NCBI GenBank assembly: GCA_973895155.1
Contig: OZ316894.1
Span: 8,952,234 to 9,016,233 of the forward strand
Origin: Marsupella aquatica
Taxonomy: Eukaryota > Plantae > Marchantiophyta
DNA: 64,000 bases
Direction of reading: 5' to 3'
Positions 25,442 through 38,431 of the stretch are shown in pieces. How positions within the stretch are numbered: the first letter of the stretch is position 1; every line of letters begins with the position of its first letter. Position numbers and translations under genes: made by a program. The notes below the pieces were generated by a model that worked only from the letters and a program-made list of their open reading frames with translations, ran no database searches and had not been told where the DNA came from.

Positions 25442-28400
25442 GATGGCTCTTGCCCTGGCTGCGGGTTGTGGGATAATCTGTATTCTGTGTAAAGGGAATC
25501 TGACACGAGATCTGGCATGAGATCTTGGATGTAGCACTGTAGGGTCCGTTTGGCACGCAGAAAATTGTAGAGTCACAACCGTAAGGGAATCTCTGTGTCT
25601 CGTTTTGGTACTGAACTTCATACTGGAACCATATACAGTAGTGAAAGTGTTATAGCCTCTGGAGATGACTGGACGGCTTCTGTACCAATGCCCATTCTTT
25701 GAATGTTAATGGATATGATGACAAAAATCATCATGCATGATCATCATTTTGACATACATAACATCCTATGGTTCTTTCCATCAATATTAATTTTGGTGGG
25801 ACCCTAGAGTCACAGTCTAGAGGCTTCACTTTAGAAGCCTAGACCCCAGTTTCTCATTGCAATTTATTAGTAAGATGTGTAATAATTTGCTCAAAAGCTG
25901 TTGTAACAAAATTCATGAAGATGAAAAACGGGTTGATTTGATTGAAATTAGAGTTTCTTGGCAAGTCAGTCATCATCTATGGTCTCTGCTCTGGAATTTG
26001 TACCTGGTTGTAACATGAACTCAGAAAAGTCATGGCCTTGTGGAATTAGCAATGCAGGTATCTCATGGAGATTATTCTTCGCAACTGGATCTTTAGGGTA
26101 AGCAAATTAGATGAGATATCAATTGACCACAAGACACTGGGGTGATTGTCTCCTCTGTCCCAAGGTAATGCCAATGAGTTCAATTTCTGCACCAGGAAGT
26201 CAATCGAGCAGTTCAGTAGGATTCAAGATGAGTGCCTAAAACGTCTCCAGAGCTATCCTTGGGCCAAAATTGTGCTGCATGGAATGGTATGTGTTGTTTC
26301 GAATTTGGTATTTTCAAAATTAGCCTTGAGTGTCAGTTCTTTGAAATTACATAGTGGCGAGTACATTCAAGTAGGTTGCACCATTTTCAGAGACTTAGCT
26401 TGACCCTGATCTCTGTTTTCCACCTCACCCCTAACTTCATGTGCACACCATAGTCACTGTCTAAGGTCTAGAGGCTCCATAGGCACTCAAGCCTAGCTTT
26501 TCTATTGTGATTACATAGTTTCAGATACCAAAAGATGGCTAGTGACTCACAAACTGGTCTGAGTTCATGTAATTGGATACGGTCTTGTCATTAAAGTTCG
26601 AGTTCCCTTTCTATGCTTTGTGGCATGAAAATTTCTACATACCAAACTAATTTCCTCGTCTTTACTTTCTAAAATGAGGTTCTTGCCCTGTTGATCATGT
26701 GCCCATTTTTTTCTCAACAAAAGACTATAGGTGGGGCAGTGCCAAAACCCCTGGAGATCCCAAAGGCAAGAGACTCAATAAAAAGGAGAAAACAAGGTAA
26801 AAGCTAGACCAAATAGCCCAAAAGCCCAAAAGCCTCCAACAATGGGAAACAAACAGAAAAGTCAGAACTTGGCAAGGCTAGGGATGCTGATGCAGGTGCT
26901 ACAACACTCAATCATGAACCTGGAACTTGTCAAAATTAGACTGGGAGGATAATCAGTATGGTAGGGACACAACAAGTATATGTGGATAAGTGTTGTGCTG
27001 TAACACAAACATTCGAAAGTGGGACCACTGGTCCAACCAGGTGGGGTGTTTAGTGTGGGAACCAAACATTCCTAATAGAGTGGTGGACCACTAGGAATGA
27101 AGGGACTCGAAATCAGGACTTGGAGTGCTTGGAAAGCAAGAAGAAATTGACTACTCTCTACCCCAAATAGAACACTTGGCCGTCCTGTTCAAAAATGAGA
27201 AAATGGACCTTCCACAGAAAAGAGTGAATTTTGCTTGAGTAGAGTGCCCCTTGCCATATAGTGGTCAGGGACTTGATTTGGAAGAGTGTTTACGGAGGCA
27301 CCATTGGACTAAGCAGAGGTTGAGTTTGAAAGCACATTCAAAGCAAGAGACCGGTGAGGGGGGGGGGGGACCTCATCTCATATCAGGTGCAAAGTTTTTC
27401 AGTATATCTAATCCTTCTCCTCCTACCTAGGAAAATGAGAACAGTTCACATGGATAAATAAAAATACCTAAAATAAAAAACATTTCCAAGGTAAGGATTT
27501 GTGCACCTGAGCTTAATTTACAAAAAGCTTGGAGGGAAGGAGCCAAGGCTCCTATTACTACTTTTGTTTTACTGTCATCTTGTGTGAAAATGAAGATGCT
27601 GAAAGTACTCCCTGTCTAATTTTGCAAGATTAACTTCTAATCCTTAGATATCCCTAGATTTAAGGATGATCATCAGACTTCGGCTAGTAGGATCTGTGGC
27701 TAGGGGGGAAAAAGGACCTGGCCAATTTGGCCAAAGGCGACCACGTTCTTTGGTAATTTTTCGACACTAAAAGAAAATACTGGTTCCAGGGTCAAAGGTC
27801 ACAGATGCACATTTATGAACGTGGCTTTTGAGAATGACCTCTGAGAAAATAAACGTTAACCTACAGCAGAGAACCCTAAAACAATGGTCAATGCTCATCA
27901 TCATCATCATCTGACCTCCTCACTCATGGGAAAAGGTTTTATTGGCATGTCATTACTTTAAACTGCACACTAATTCCACTTTAGGCTTAATGCAATCCTA
28001 ATCGCGGGTCGCCCATGAAGCAGGAGTTCACCAGGCTAATGCAATCCTAATCGAGGGTTGCCCCTGAAGCAGGCGCTTATTAGCAGCGGGTTGGTTTGGA
28101 CTTCAAACTGATTACATTTTAGGTGTAAGTAGGTCGCCCTTGAAGCAGGATTGCATTAGGATAAAACAATTATAGTCACAAGTTTTCCGAGTTGATTAGA
28201 GTAATGCAACCTAATGGTGGGTTCCCCGAGTTAATTAGGGTACTGCAATCCTAATGACAGGTTCCCAAAGTGAACTAGGGTAAGGCAATCCTAATTGCGG
28301 GTTGCATTAAGTTAATGAGGCCAATGCAATCCTAATCATAGGTTCCCCGAGTTAACTAGGGTAATGCACTCCAGGTCACCTGTTGCCCCGAGTTAGTTAG

Positions 28401-29429
28401 GGCAATGCAATCCTAAAGGCCGGGATGCCCAGAGTTAATTAGGGTAATGCAATCCTAATCGCGGGTTTCCTGTGAGGGGGGAGCTACTTAGCGTCAGCTG
28501 ACCGGGCTGATCCGCTGATTAGGAAGATGTGAACGTTGCGCAAAAGGCGGGTGGCGAGCCGACCGAGACAGAGAGACAGAGCTTTCAGTCTAGACATTTT
28601 GTATGGCTTTTGTGCCAGCCCATCGGCAGCTCCACATTTCTTCGAAGCTCGGCCCAGGAGCAAAAGTGCGGAGAGTAGTCAGTAGTGCCCATCAGGCCCC
28701 GGTTCGCCTTGATCATCAGTCGGTAGCTCCGGAGAACACGGCGTCGATCCTGCGGACGGGATTGCAGTGGAGTCATCAGTCAGTCGCCAACGAGCATATT
28801 TACGTTTTTGTGTTTGAATTCGCTCACTGTTGTCAGCGAAGTGGCGAAGCGCTGCGCAGAAAAGAGTTCCCCTCTTGAAACAAGGAAGGAAGTGAATATC
28901 TACCTTGGCGAAGAGGCAGGGCGGTAGGAGAGATTTCATTTTCCCTCTTTAAGGAAAGGAAGGAAGCAAACATGAGTAAAGTAGCGAAGGAGCGGTGAGG
29001 TGTGGTGTGAGTGAAGGAAGGGAAGGACGATGGCTATTCGTCGTGTCGTTGGGTTGGGCAGATTCATGAATGAATGCCGGTGAGGACCACTGTAGGGTGG
29101 ATTTGGGGAGTCTTTGCCAGGCCGGGCTGCTGTCTGGACGTGAGAGTGGATGATTATGACGAAGTTCTCGTGCCGCTGTGGAGGGGATTGACGCAATATG
29201 TAGCAGAGGAGGAAGATCGCTGTCTGAACTCGGCAGATTCATCCATGTGAAACTCGCTACTGCTTTAGCTACTGTTCTGGATTGGGTTGTGATTGGATGC
29301 TGCCGTTGCCGATCAGTAGAAGATCTGCGGCTTTTTTAATTTGAGGACGAGAGCAGAAATGGCTTCGACCACGACTACGCGGTCGTCGCGTCCGAGGGAA
29401 AGGCACAGCAGAGCTAAAAATGTGACGAC
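25442..29429 (+). repeat. Local segmental duplication, copy B (attached to intact HIT4); contains ~2.4 kb (25785-~28190) absent from copy A
   Basis: See copy A. The extra sequence is CpG-poor, decayed-repeat-like. Confidence 0.85.
27985..28470. repeat. ~42-bp minisatellite (copy B, longer)
   Basis: AATGCAATCCTAAT core repeated about 10 times. Confidence 0.85.
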
Positions 29430-30348
29430 GGTGGACACGGAAGAGCGTGGGCCTCTGGCCGATTTGTGGAAGGAGGCGTTTCCCGTGGGGACGGAGTGGG
29501 ATCAGTATGATCGGGTGTACGAAATTAACTGGGATTTTTCGAACCTGGAGGAGGCGTTCGAAGAGGGCGCAGTGTTGCACGGTAAGAAGGTGTATCTGTT
29601 CGGATGCACGGAGCCTCAGCTGGTTTGGTTCAAGGATAAGGATATGTCGCGAGTGGTCCACATCCCGGCGATAGTAGCGGTGGTGTCTCCTTTTCCCCCT
29701 TCTGACAAGGTCGGAATAAAGTCTGTCCAAATGGAGGACGAGAATATTGTGCCGATGAAGCAGATGAAGATGGACTGGGTGCCATACATTCCTCAAGATT
29801 GGACCGACCATACGTCCCTTGAGAGGTACAAGAATGTCCAAATCTACACTCTCAAGTGCGCACAGCGGAAAGCAGCACTCAAGCAGCTGAAGCAAGAGCG
29901 CATCAAAAAGTACGAGTACTGCTTGCCCTACCTTTATCAGCCCATGAAAGAAGAGGATGTGCAGACAGATACGATTGTGAGCATCATGTACTCCTTTGAC
30001 GACGACGAAAGCAAGCCTCCAGTGGTAGCAGAATTCGACTGGGAATTTGATGAGGTCGAGGAGTACACTGATAATCTGATCACAGAGGAGCAGGTTCCTG
30101 CGGAGGACAAGGCCAAGTTCATGGCATATGTCAAGCAGACCGTGCAGGCAGAGAAGAAAAAGCTGAGAGACGCCAGAGAAATGAGGAAAAAGGCTATTGC
30201 AGACATGAGCCCCGAGATTAAACAGGCGCTTGAGAATATGAAATTTTACAAGTTTTACCCCAAAAAGAGCGCAGACGCTCCTGATATCTCCGATCAGAGA
30301 TCTCCATTCATTAATAGATATTACGGGAAAGCCACCCAAATTCTTTAG
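29359..30348 (+). CDS. HIT4: HEAT-INTOLERANT 4-like protein, intronless, 329 aa
   Basis: DLWKEAFPVGTEWDQ, WDFSNLEEAFEEG, KKVYLFGCTEPQL, SPFPPSDKVGIKSVQ, PMKQMKMDWVPYIP, KKYEYCLPY, FYKFYP, SPFINRYYGKA. ATG at 29359. Confidence 0.93.
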   Translation: MASTTTTRSSRPRERHSRAKNVTTVDTEERGPLADLWKEAFPVGTEWDQYDRVYEINWDFSNLEEAFEEGAVLHGKKVYLFGCTEPQLVWFKDKDMSRVVHIPAIVAVVSPFPPSDKVGIKSVQMEDENIVPMKQMKMDWVPYIPQDWTDHTSLERYKNVQIYTLKCAQRKAALKQLKQERIKKYEYCLPYLYQPMKEEDVQTDTIVSIMYSFDDDESKPPVVAEFDWEFDEVEEYTDNLITEEQVPAEDKAKFMAYVKQTVQAEKKKLRDAREMRKKAIADMSPEIKQALENMKFYKFYPKKSADAPDISDQRSPFINRYYGKATQIL

Positions 30349-33267
30349 TGTACAGACTTGAGTTTTTTAGGATCCTAGTGAGTTTGTATTGTAGAAATCT
30401 GGCGACTGCAGTCTAGAACCTATGGACTGACATTTTCTATTGGGCTAACTACTGTATTATGTTGTTGCCCCTGACTTGAGCAAGTGAAGTGACCTAGAAT
30501 AAGTTTGCTGCGTTGCAGCTTGTAGTAGTGAGAACATCAGCTACAGCAGTGTTTGAGCACACAGAAATTGTAGTTGACATGTTCGGAAGTTTTGACGGTA
30601 GGTTTGAGATTGAATGTCTTTGAGACGGCACCTACAATCTCACTGTCCACGAATTGATGAGAGCACTGGTCGATGATGACCCAGTCTGAGTCTGTCGTTT
30701 ATAACAATTAGTGGTGGACAAGATATCTTCTCAAAAACATCCTGATGAATGACAGGGCAAGTTCCACTTCATGCTTACCTTGAGTGTCTGCCACGGTTTT
30801 TCTGCGAATTGCAGGTAGAGATTGTAGCCAAATACTGCCATGACGATTTCATATCACAGGAATTGATAACAGCTTTCGAATTTTCTTTAGTACGGTGGTC
30901 TCTCACTACTTAAGCCAACGGAAGTCATTTTCATCCTATTTCTGCATTGCTTGGTTCTCACCCCACATTTCCTAAAGGAGAATAGTCTGCCAGCCTGCTT
31001 CCCAGTTCACGTCGAATGAACTTTCGGACATTGCTCACTTCCTAATGTTCTCCAGGTAGAAGCAATCTTCGTGTTCAGGGTTCCCTTACCTTCACATCCT
31101 TACACTTCGAATACTTGGCGTTGACATTCTCGGAAACATACTTGAAATTTTAGCTTGACCTAAAGGAGCTTACGACACTGAGCCCACTATCTAAACCCTG
31201 TTCATCGTGAGCGACTCGTAAGCATCAAGCGCAAAGTCATCTTGAACTTTTGAACTTTTGGTTAGACGTTCCTTTTGGATGTTAGTTACTAGCACACTAA
31301 GGAAACTGAGTTAGCAATTGATGAGAGAGCCCCATTCACAACACTGCACGGAAGCGGATCTGCACGGTCATCAGTGTATAATTTTTACAGAGAAAGTTAC
31401 ATTCAAGCTTGATTTTCCCTCCAGAATTTGAATTGAACCGAGCCTGACTGTCCTTCAGTGACAATCATCTCTTCTGTGAATTTAAATTGAAATGAACGTG
31501 TTGGTCCTTTATTTACAATCATATGATCCGTGTACTAATTCTTTAGGAATTATTGCGCGATGTGAGCTCAGCAGAAGCGGTAAGGACTCTGCACATCGAT
31601 ATTGCCCCCATTTTCCCTACGCCGTCGAGCAGGGATCCTTTGCGTGCATTCTTTCTGTATTTCAAAATACTCCTAAAGCACTACGCATGTGGAGGGAAAG
31701 TTTGCAACTGTGCCAAACCGAAACGTTTCGTGCGCCTCGGAGAATACTAGCTTCGGTTTCTTTCTGCTTTTCTTCTGACTTTAGAAAGTATTCTGGTAGA
31801 GTTGGCTTGTGCATACTTTTTGAAAGGGAGCTTTTAGCGCATCGTCTCTGCGCTGCTGTAGATATCCAGGATGGCCTGCTATCAGGTAGACTCCCACATA
31901 ATTGGTTGAATCATGACTTGTCCTATCATGCAACAGTCCCTGACCATCATGAATGTTGCTTACTCAGCGTTTGCGACTTGAAGTGCTGAAATCTTGAGGA
32001 CGGCGTGGATCATGATTTGAACTAAAAATCCAGGAAGGAGGTTGAGAATGATGAACGACAAAATTTGGACTGAAAATGATGAAAACTAGTTTCATTTCTC
32101 GACTAGTAGCTCCGATTACAAGCTTTTGTGAAACCGGAGTTTTTGGGACTGAGACTGGAGCAACTTTTCTTACAAGATACAAGTAGACAGTTCAAATGAC
32201 TGCCTTTCCTCAGCTGCCATCCCTGCCTGTCAAGGGATAGTAGGGCTGGACTATACTTTCAGATCATATCTTTCAATACTGTACCGTCCTATCAATTGCT
32301 TGGCCATCATTCGTTGGAGCTTCTCCAAATCCAATGCCTTCGCTGTCATCCCGATCTGCCAGTTCACAACGTTACTTCTGCCATACACAATGTTTAATAA
32401 ATTGCTTCGCCGGTCAGATCAGCTGCACCTTCGAACAGCGTAGTATGGTGACATCTTCAACAACGTCGATTTCTTGACCAACTGCCGGATTCCAACCGAA
32501 TTCAAGGATCTCTCGGAAGTTTTGCAGCCGTTGAAAACGCACTGAAGATGTCGCCGCAACTACTGCACCCCAACTTTCAACTCTGGACAATCCAAGTATT
32601 GCTCGTCTTGCCAAACGCTGAAGCTGAGCAAAACCAAGGGAAGCTTCCCTGTGCACCCCATCCTTACCCTCCAATGGTTGCCGCTTCGTTCACTGAGCCA
32701 CTGAGGTTCATCATCTAACTTCCTCTTCGAACTTAGCGATCTTTGGGATTGGAGTCGGGTCTTCGAAATTGGCAACAGTCACGTGGTCGAGTATATGATT
32801 TCCAACGAACCCAATTCAATTCCAACCATGCCATGCAATTAGAAGGACTATCACGCGCCGGGATCAGGGCGGGGGTCACCGATTACTCAGCAGAAATGTT
32901 ACAAAGCAGTCGATTTGCCATGTACACCTAGGCCCTGTGATAAGCTTTTGCTTTGGCGTTGCCGAGAGCAATTCCAGTACCAACTGTAGTCAGCTGAAGC
33001 TCAATTGATGAAGATTATCATCATTCACGTCGCATTCGTCAAACATTTAACGAATTTGCATGGATTCGTGAGTCGGGATGGACGAGTACACATTTTCTCC
33101 ACTGCTCTCGAAAAAAGTGAAGCTTCGTCTACAATCAAGAGACATCCTCGAGTAATCAAAATACATGTTGCCATATATCTTGTTGCGATCTTAGCACTAC
33201 AATAATCCAAGCAAAGGGTTGGGATGGAAAACTTTCCCTTTTGCCAAATATCAAGCTGCTCGCAAGT

Positions 33268-33557
33268 GTTTTTTTTTTGGCCCTGAAACCTAAAGCAGAC
33301 CCATCCAACAAAGGATAGACATGTATTGTGGACCATGCACCTCAGTAGGGTAAAAACAAAGGGGTCATAAACAAGGATCCCACATGAACCAGACCAGGAG
33401 AGAGAGCATTAAATCAGGGCTCAAAGAACCAGCCAGGGGGCTGAGGAGAAACCGAGTACTCCCACCACTACACCCCACCCACACACACATAATTGTGTAT
33501 GGAGAGGATTGAATCAGGGACTTTTTGGTTCTAGGCGAATCCCCTCAACTGACCCAA
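33268..33557 (-). mobile_element. Putative tRNA-derived SINE, copy 2
   Basis: Shares CCCATCCAACAAAGGATAGA and TACTCCCACCACTACACCCCAC with 21455-21737. Minus-strand head TGGGTCAGTTGAGG...GATTCAATCC (A/B-box-like) and poly(A) tail (T11 on plus). Confidence 0.6.
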
Positions 33558-34546
33558 TTTTTGGTTTGATAAAAAATCATCAATCCTGTACTTTAGAGCT
33601 AAATGGGAGGTGGTAGCAAGTTACAACATATCTGAAGCAGGTGACTAGATGGGAGTATTAAATTACTTGGTCTACCCCAGACTCTTGCTTAGGGAGGGCA
33701 GAGATTCAAGGCCTGAGTGGTCGGCCGTGAGGCTGATTTTTCTTTAGATATCTACAACTGTATAATAGGGATCCCACCAAATCCCTCTCATCTTCCGTTT
33801 ACAAAAAGAGGAAAGGAACAAACATTGCTTTACCATCAGATGATGTGCAGGAATATTTGAGACTCTTGGATTGGGGGAAAAGGTGCCCATAATTTGAAGT
33901 GAGATCAAATATACTTAGTACATGTGACAAAGTGACTGACATGTGCTAACTAGAGTACACAATGCTTGCTATGCTATAGCCAATTCACAAAGTACTCTTT
34001 AGCATGGAGTGACATGGAGTATTAAATGAATAAATTGACGTGAGATGGAGATTTTTGGTATTGAGCAAATAAATAAAAAGTAAACTTACATGAGATAATT
34101 TTCCGGCTTTTTTCCTCTCCAACAGTGAATATTCATTTTTTGGAAGTTTACTCTGTCTTTTCTTTTCCCATTTTTTTCTCCATTTTGATAGGGTGTCTCA
34201 AAGCTTGGAAATTATGGATAATAAATGGCTTTTGTCATGTAGAACAGGTCATAACTTTTTTCACAAGACTTATTATTAGTATTTTCACCAGCCTCTACAG
34301 TGACTATTGGTTATGGCATAAGACCAATCCTTATGGCAAAAAGTAATGGACTATGAATTCTGTAGTCCATAACTTTTTTTGTCCATAATCCATAACTAGG
34401 GAGTCAAGGTACATCAGATTGCCAGCTTTGAGATCCCTATTGGTGTGGTGTTGGAGGGAAAGAGAGGGGGAAGGACACATGCACTCTAAGGGCATGGGAG
34501 GCCAAGACACAAAGGGCAAAGGGGGGCGGGGTTGCGGGGGGGGGGG

Positions 34547-34967
34547 TGTTGAGCATAGACGACGATCGCAATGGCAAGCCCATGAACCATCCAACGCACA
34601 ATAGTCGACACAAGAGATACGTGGTTCACCTCCTCGAGGCTACGTCCACGGGAACACACAAGAGAGCTTTACTGAACTCTAAGCCCGTCGGCTATACCGA
34701 GTCTCCACAGTGTAAGCTCTCCCTATCTCTCAAGTGGCTCCATAACAATGAGCCTTGGTTCTACCTCTCCAAGCACACATGCCTCTTATGATATAGTGTG
34801 CAACTTAGTTGTACCTAACCACATAGTTGTACCTAATCACGTAGTTGTACCTAACCACATAGTTGTACCTAATCACGTAGTTGTACCTAACCACATAGTT
34901 GTACCAACCCACGTTGTTGTACCAACCACGTCATACCTAACCTAGACGTAAGAGTAAATACCCAACA
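34547..34967 (-). repeat. 3' LTR of copia element
   Basis: TGTTGAGCATAG...TACCCAACA; polypurine tract adjacent at 34968-34978. Confidence 0.97.
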
Positions 34968-35157
34968 ATCTTCCCCTTGACTCTGGTCTAGGGGAGAGTA
35001 ATACTGCCAATGTATATGATCCCTCAGCGGGAAGTTCTGGATAAAAACCAAACTGGTTTCCCTCTCTAACTAGAGCAAACCAGAACTAAGCCGTAGCCTA
35101 ATACATAGGAATGAGGAAGAGCATATATCAGTAATTACAATGAATGTTAAGAAAACT

Positions 35158-38100
35158 CTACTTGTGATGCAATTGCAAAACCTGCAATACATCACGGTGT
35201 CTAGAGAAACTCTCCAAATGAATCACTTTGGTAAATGCGTCAGCCGGGTTGAGTTTACCATCAATCTTGACTAGCTCAAACAAATTATCAGACACAGCCT
35301 GCCTGATAAAATGGTACCTGACGTCAATGTGCTTCACTCTGCTGTCCATCACCTGGTTCACAGCAAGGTGGAGCGCACTTTGACTATCACAATGGAACTT
35401 CACATTCCCCTGTGGCAATCCCATTTCAGTGATAAGTCTATCCAACCAAATCGCTTCCTTTGCTGCTTCCGCAGCTGCAACATACTCCGCTTCTGTAGTA
35501 GACTGAGCAATACACTTCTGCAAAGTAGACCTCCAACTTATGCATCCACCGCCAAGTGTGAACACGTATCCTGTTGTTGATCTCCTTCGGTCCAAATCTT
35601 GTCCATAGTCAGAATCAACATAGCCAATCAATGATCTAGCATTCTTTGCATTCGCATCAAATAAAAGACCATGATCCACGGTACCCTTCAAGTACCTGAT
35701 AATCCACTTCACTGCTTCCCAGTGTACCTTCCCTGGATTCGACATGTACCTGCTCACCTTGCCCATAGCCATGGCAAGATCAGGTCTAGTGCAAGTCATC
35801 AAATACATGAGACTCCCCACTGCCTTGTCATATGGAACCTTTGACATCAACCCCTTCTCTGTGTCATCCGTAGGACAGAACGCTGATGATAACTTGAAGT
35901 GTGGAGCCAACGGGGTACTTACTGGCTTGCTATTCTCCATGTTGAACCTTGCAATTACCTTCCTCGCATAACTGCTCTGCGTCAACCATAGCTTGCCAGC
36001 CTCCAAGTCCCTAGTGATCTTCATACCCAAAATCCTCTTAGCTGGCCCTAAGTCCTTCATCTTAAACTCTGCACTAAGCAGTGCCTTGAGCTTAACAATC
36101 TCAGACCTATCCTTGGCTGCAATTAGCATGTCATCCACATAAAGTACTAAAACAATGAACCCAAAGACAACATTCTTCACCGGTTTCAAATACACACAAG
36201 GGTCAAATACACTTCTGTGAAAACCTTGTGACCGAATCCAATCGTCAAACCGCTTGTTCCACTGTCTTGGTGACTGCTTCAACCCATACAAGGATTTCAG
36301 CAATCTGCAAACAAATTCCGTCTGTCCTCTCTTCACAAAACCTAGCGGTTGTCTCATGAAGATCACCTCTTCCAATGTGCCATAGAGGAAAGCTGTGACA
36401 ACATCCATCTGATCTAGGAGCAGACCAAACATTACAACAAGTACACACAATAGTCGTATTGTAGAGTACTTAGCAACTGGTGAGAAGACCTCATTGTAAT
36501 CCACACCTTTCTCTTGTGTGAATCCCTTTGCTACCAATCTAGCCTTGTAGACCTTCGATCCACCTCCTATGGAATTATCCTTCAGCTTGTAAATCCACTT
36601 GCTATCCACCACTTGCTGACCCTTAGGCAGCTTAACAAGCTCCCAAGTTTTGTTGTCCTTTAGTGACTGCATCTCCGTTTGCATTGCTGCAGTCCACTTC
36701 TGCTTCTCTTTTGAAGCACTTGCCTCATGAAATGAAGAAGGTTCTCCTTCTTCCAAAATTAACGCATCACCCTCATCATCAGCTGTAAAATCATCCTCTT
36801 GCAGTTGAGATGAATCAACCCACTGTCCATACCTTGATGGAGCGCGTACAGTGCGACCAGATGTTCTTCTAGCCGATGACTCCGGTTGATCTGCGTGTGC
36901 TGGTACAATTTGAAGCTCAACAGCATCCACTTGTTGCTCACCAGCATCAACAAACTCCTCTGGTTCCTCTGGCACAGGAACCAGCTCCATAATTGGAGCA
37001 ACTCCTTCTCTCCGGTCATGCACCTCATAACCAATCTCCCCCTCAACGAGATCCGGGATAGGAGATTTTCCTTTGTCAGTACGGGAGACCTGAGTATTCT
37101 CCCCCTCCTTCAATAATCTGGATTCATTGAAGGAAACATCCCTACTGACAACGAGCTTACAGGCAATAGGATCCCATAGCCTATAGGCTTTCACACCACT
37201 CTGGTACCCAAGAAAAACACATTTCCTGGAGGTAGGATCCAACTTGGTCCTATTCTGCTTTGGTGTGAGAGCATATGCATCACTTCCAAAAATTACCAAG
37301 CCATGATAGTCTGCTTGCCGCTTATAGCGCATCTCAAACGGCGTTTTGAAATTGATAGCACTAGAAGGAGAAAGATTTACCAAATAAGCTGCGGTATTGA
37401 CAGCTTCTGCCCAAAATTCTTGTGGTAAACCTGATTGGCTCAACATACTCCGTGACCGCTCCAACAGTGTCCGATTGAGCCTCTCAGCGACACCATTCTG
37501 CTGCGGAGTATAAACTGTGGTGAGATGGCGAGTTATCCCCTGTTCTGAACAGTACTCTTCAAATTCCATTGAAGTGTACTCCCCGCCGTTGTCTGACCTC
37601 AGACTCTTCACCCTTGTATCCAAACACTTGATCGTGTTTCCAGTCTGATTCTCCACCTGGGCCTTCCACTTCTTAAAAATGGACAAGACATCAGACTTAT
37701 GCGTCATGAAATAAATCCACACAAATCTTGAGTAATCATCAATAAATGATACATAGTACAACTTTCCAGAGTGTGAGGGAGTCGGGGATGGACCCCACAC
37801 GTCACTATGTATGTACTCAAGAACCGCTTTGGAACGATGAGTTCCAACACCAAAAGCACGACGACGCTGCTTTCCAAGAATGCAATGCTCACAAAACTCT
37901 AATTTACAAGATTGCAAATCAGAAATGAGTCCATTCTTCCGTAAGATAGCCAAACCCTTCTCACTCATGTGGCCTAGCCGTGAATGCCACAGTTGAGTCA
38001 TCTCCTCGTGAGACTTGGTTACATTGGCCTCTCCACATACAGTATTGCCTTGTAACACATACAAATTCTTTTGTCTACTCCCCTTCAAAATCACTGTCTC

Positions 38101-38330
38101 TCCCGACCTGACTTGAAGTTCACCATCAATAACGCTCCATTGATGACCATTTGAATCCAACACACCAAGTGAAATCAAATTCTTACGCATGCCAGGTACA
38201 TACCTGACTCCGGACACTGTGCGCACAGCGCCATCAAACATTTGAATCTTCACAGACCCAATTCCCTCAATTTGACAGGAGTGATCATTTCCCATCAGAA
38301 CTGAACCGTTTGAAACAGAGTAAGAACTGA
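35158..38330 (-). CDS. pol: Copia Pol (PR C-half, GAG-pre-integrase, integrase, RT, RNase H)
   Basis: LWHSRLGHMS, CEHCILGKQ, YIHSDVWG, LRSDNGGEY, QNGVAERLNRTL, KARLVAKGF, QMDVVTAFLYG, LYGLKQ, YVDDML, YVDSD, STTEAEY, CDSQSA, NPADAFTK; frame uninterrupted. Confidence 0.95.
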
Positions 38331-38431
38331 AAAAACTCACGAATGTAACAAATATGAAAAGAGCAAGCACAATCAAGAATCCACACATCATCTGCTCTCC
38401 TAGATGACATGCACAGGGCATACCCCCGGCT

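Noticed and set aside
29269-30339. 356-aa antisense ORF over HIT4
   Set aside because: Codon-aligned shadow of a biased CDS; no recognisable motifs.
34748-34945. VVPNH-repeat ORF (also 40821-41018)
   Set aside because: Translation of the 18-bp LTR array; no evidence of coding function.
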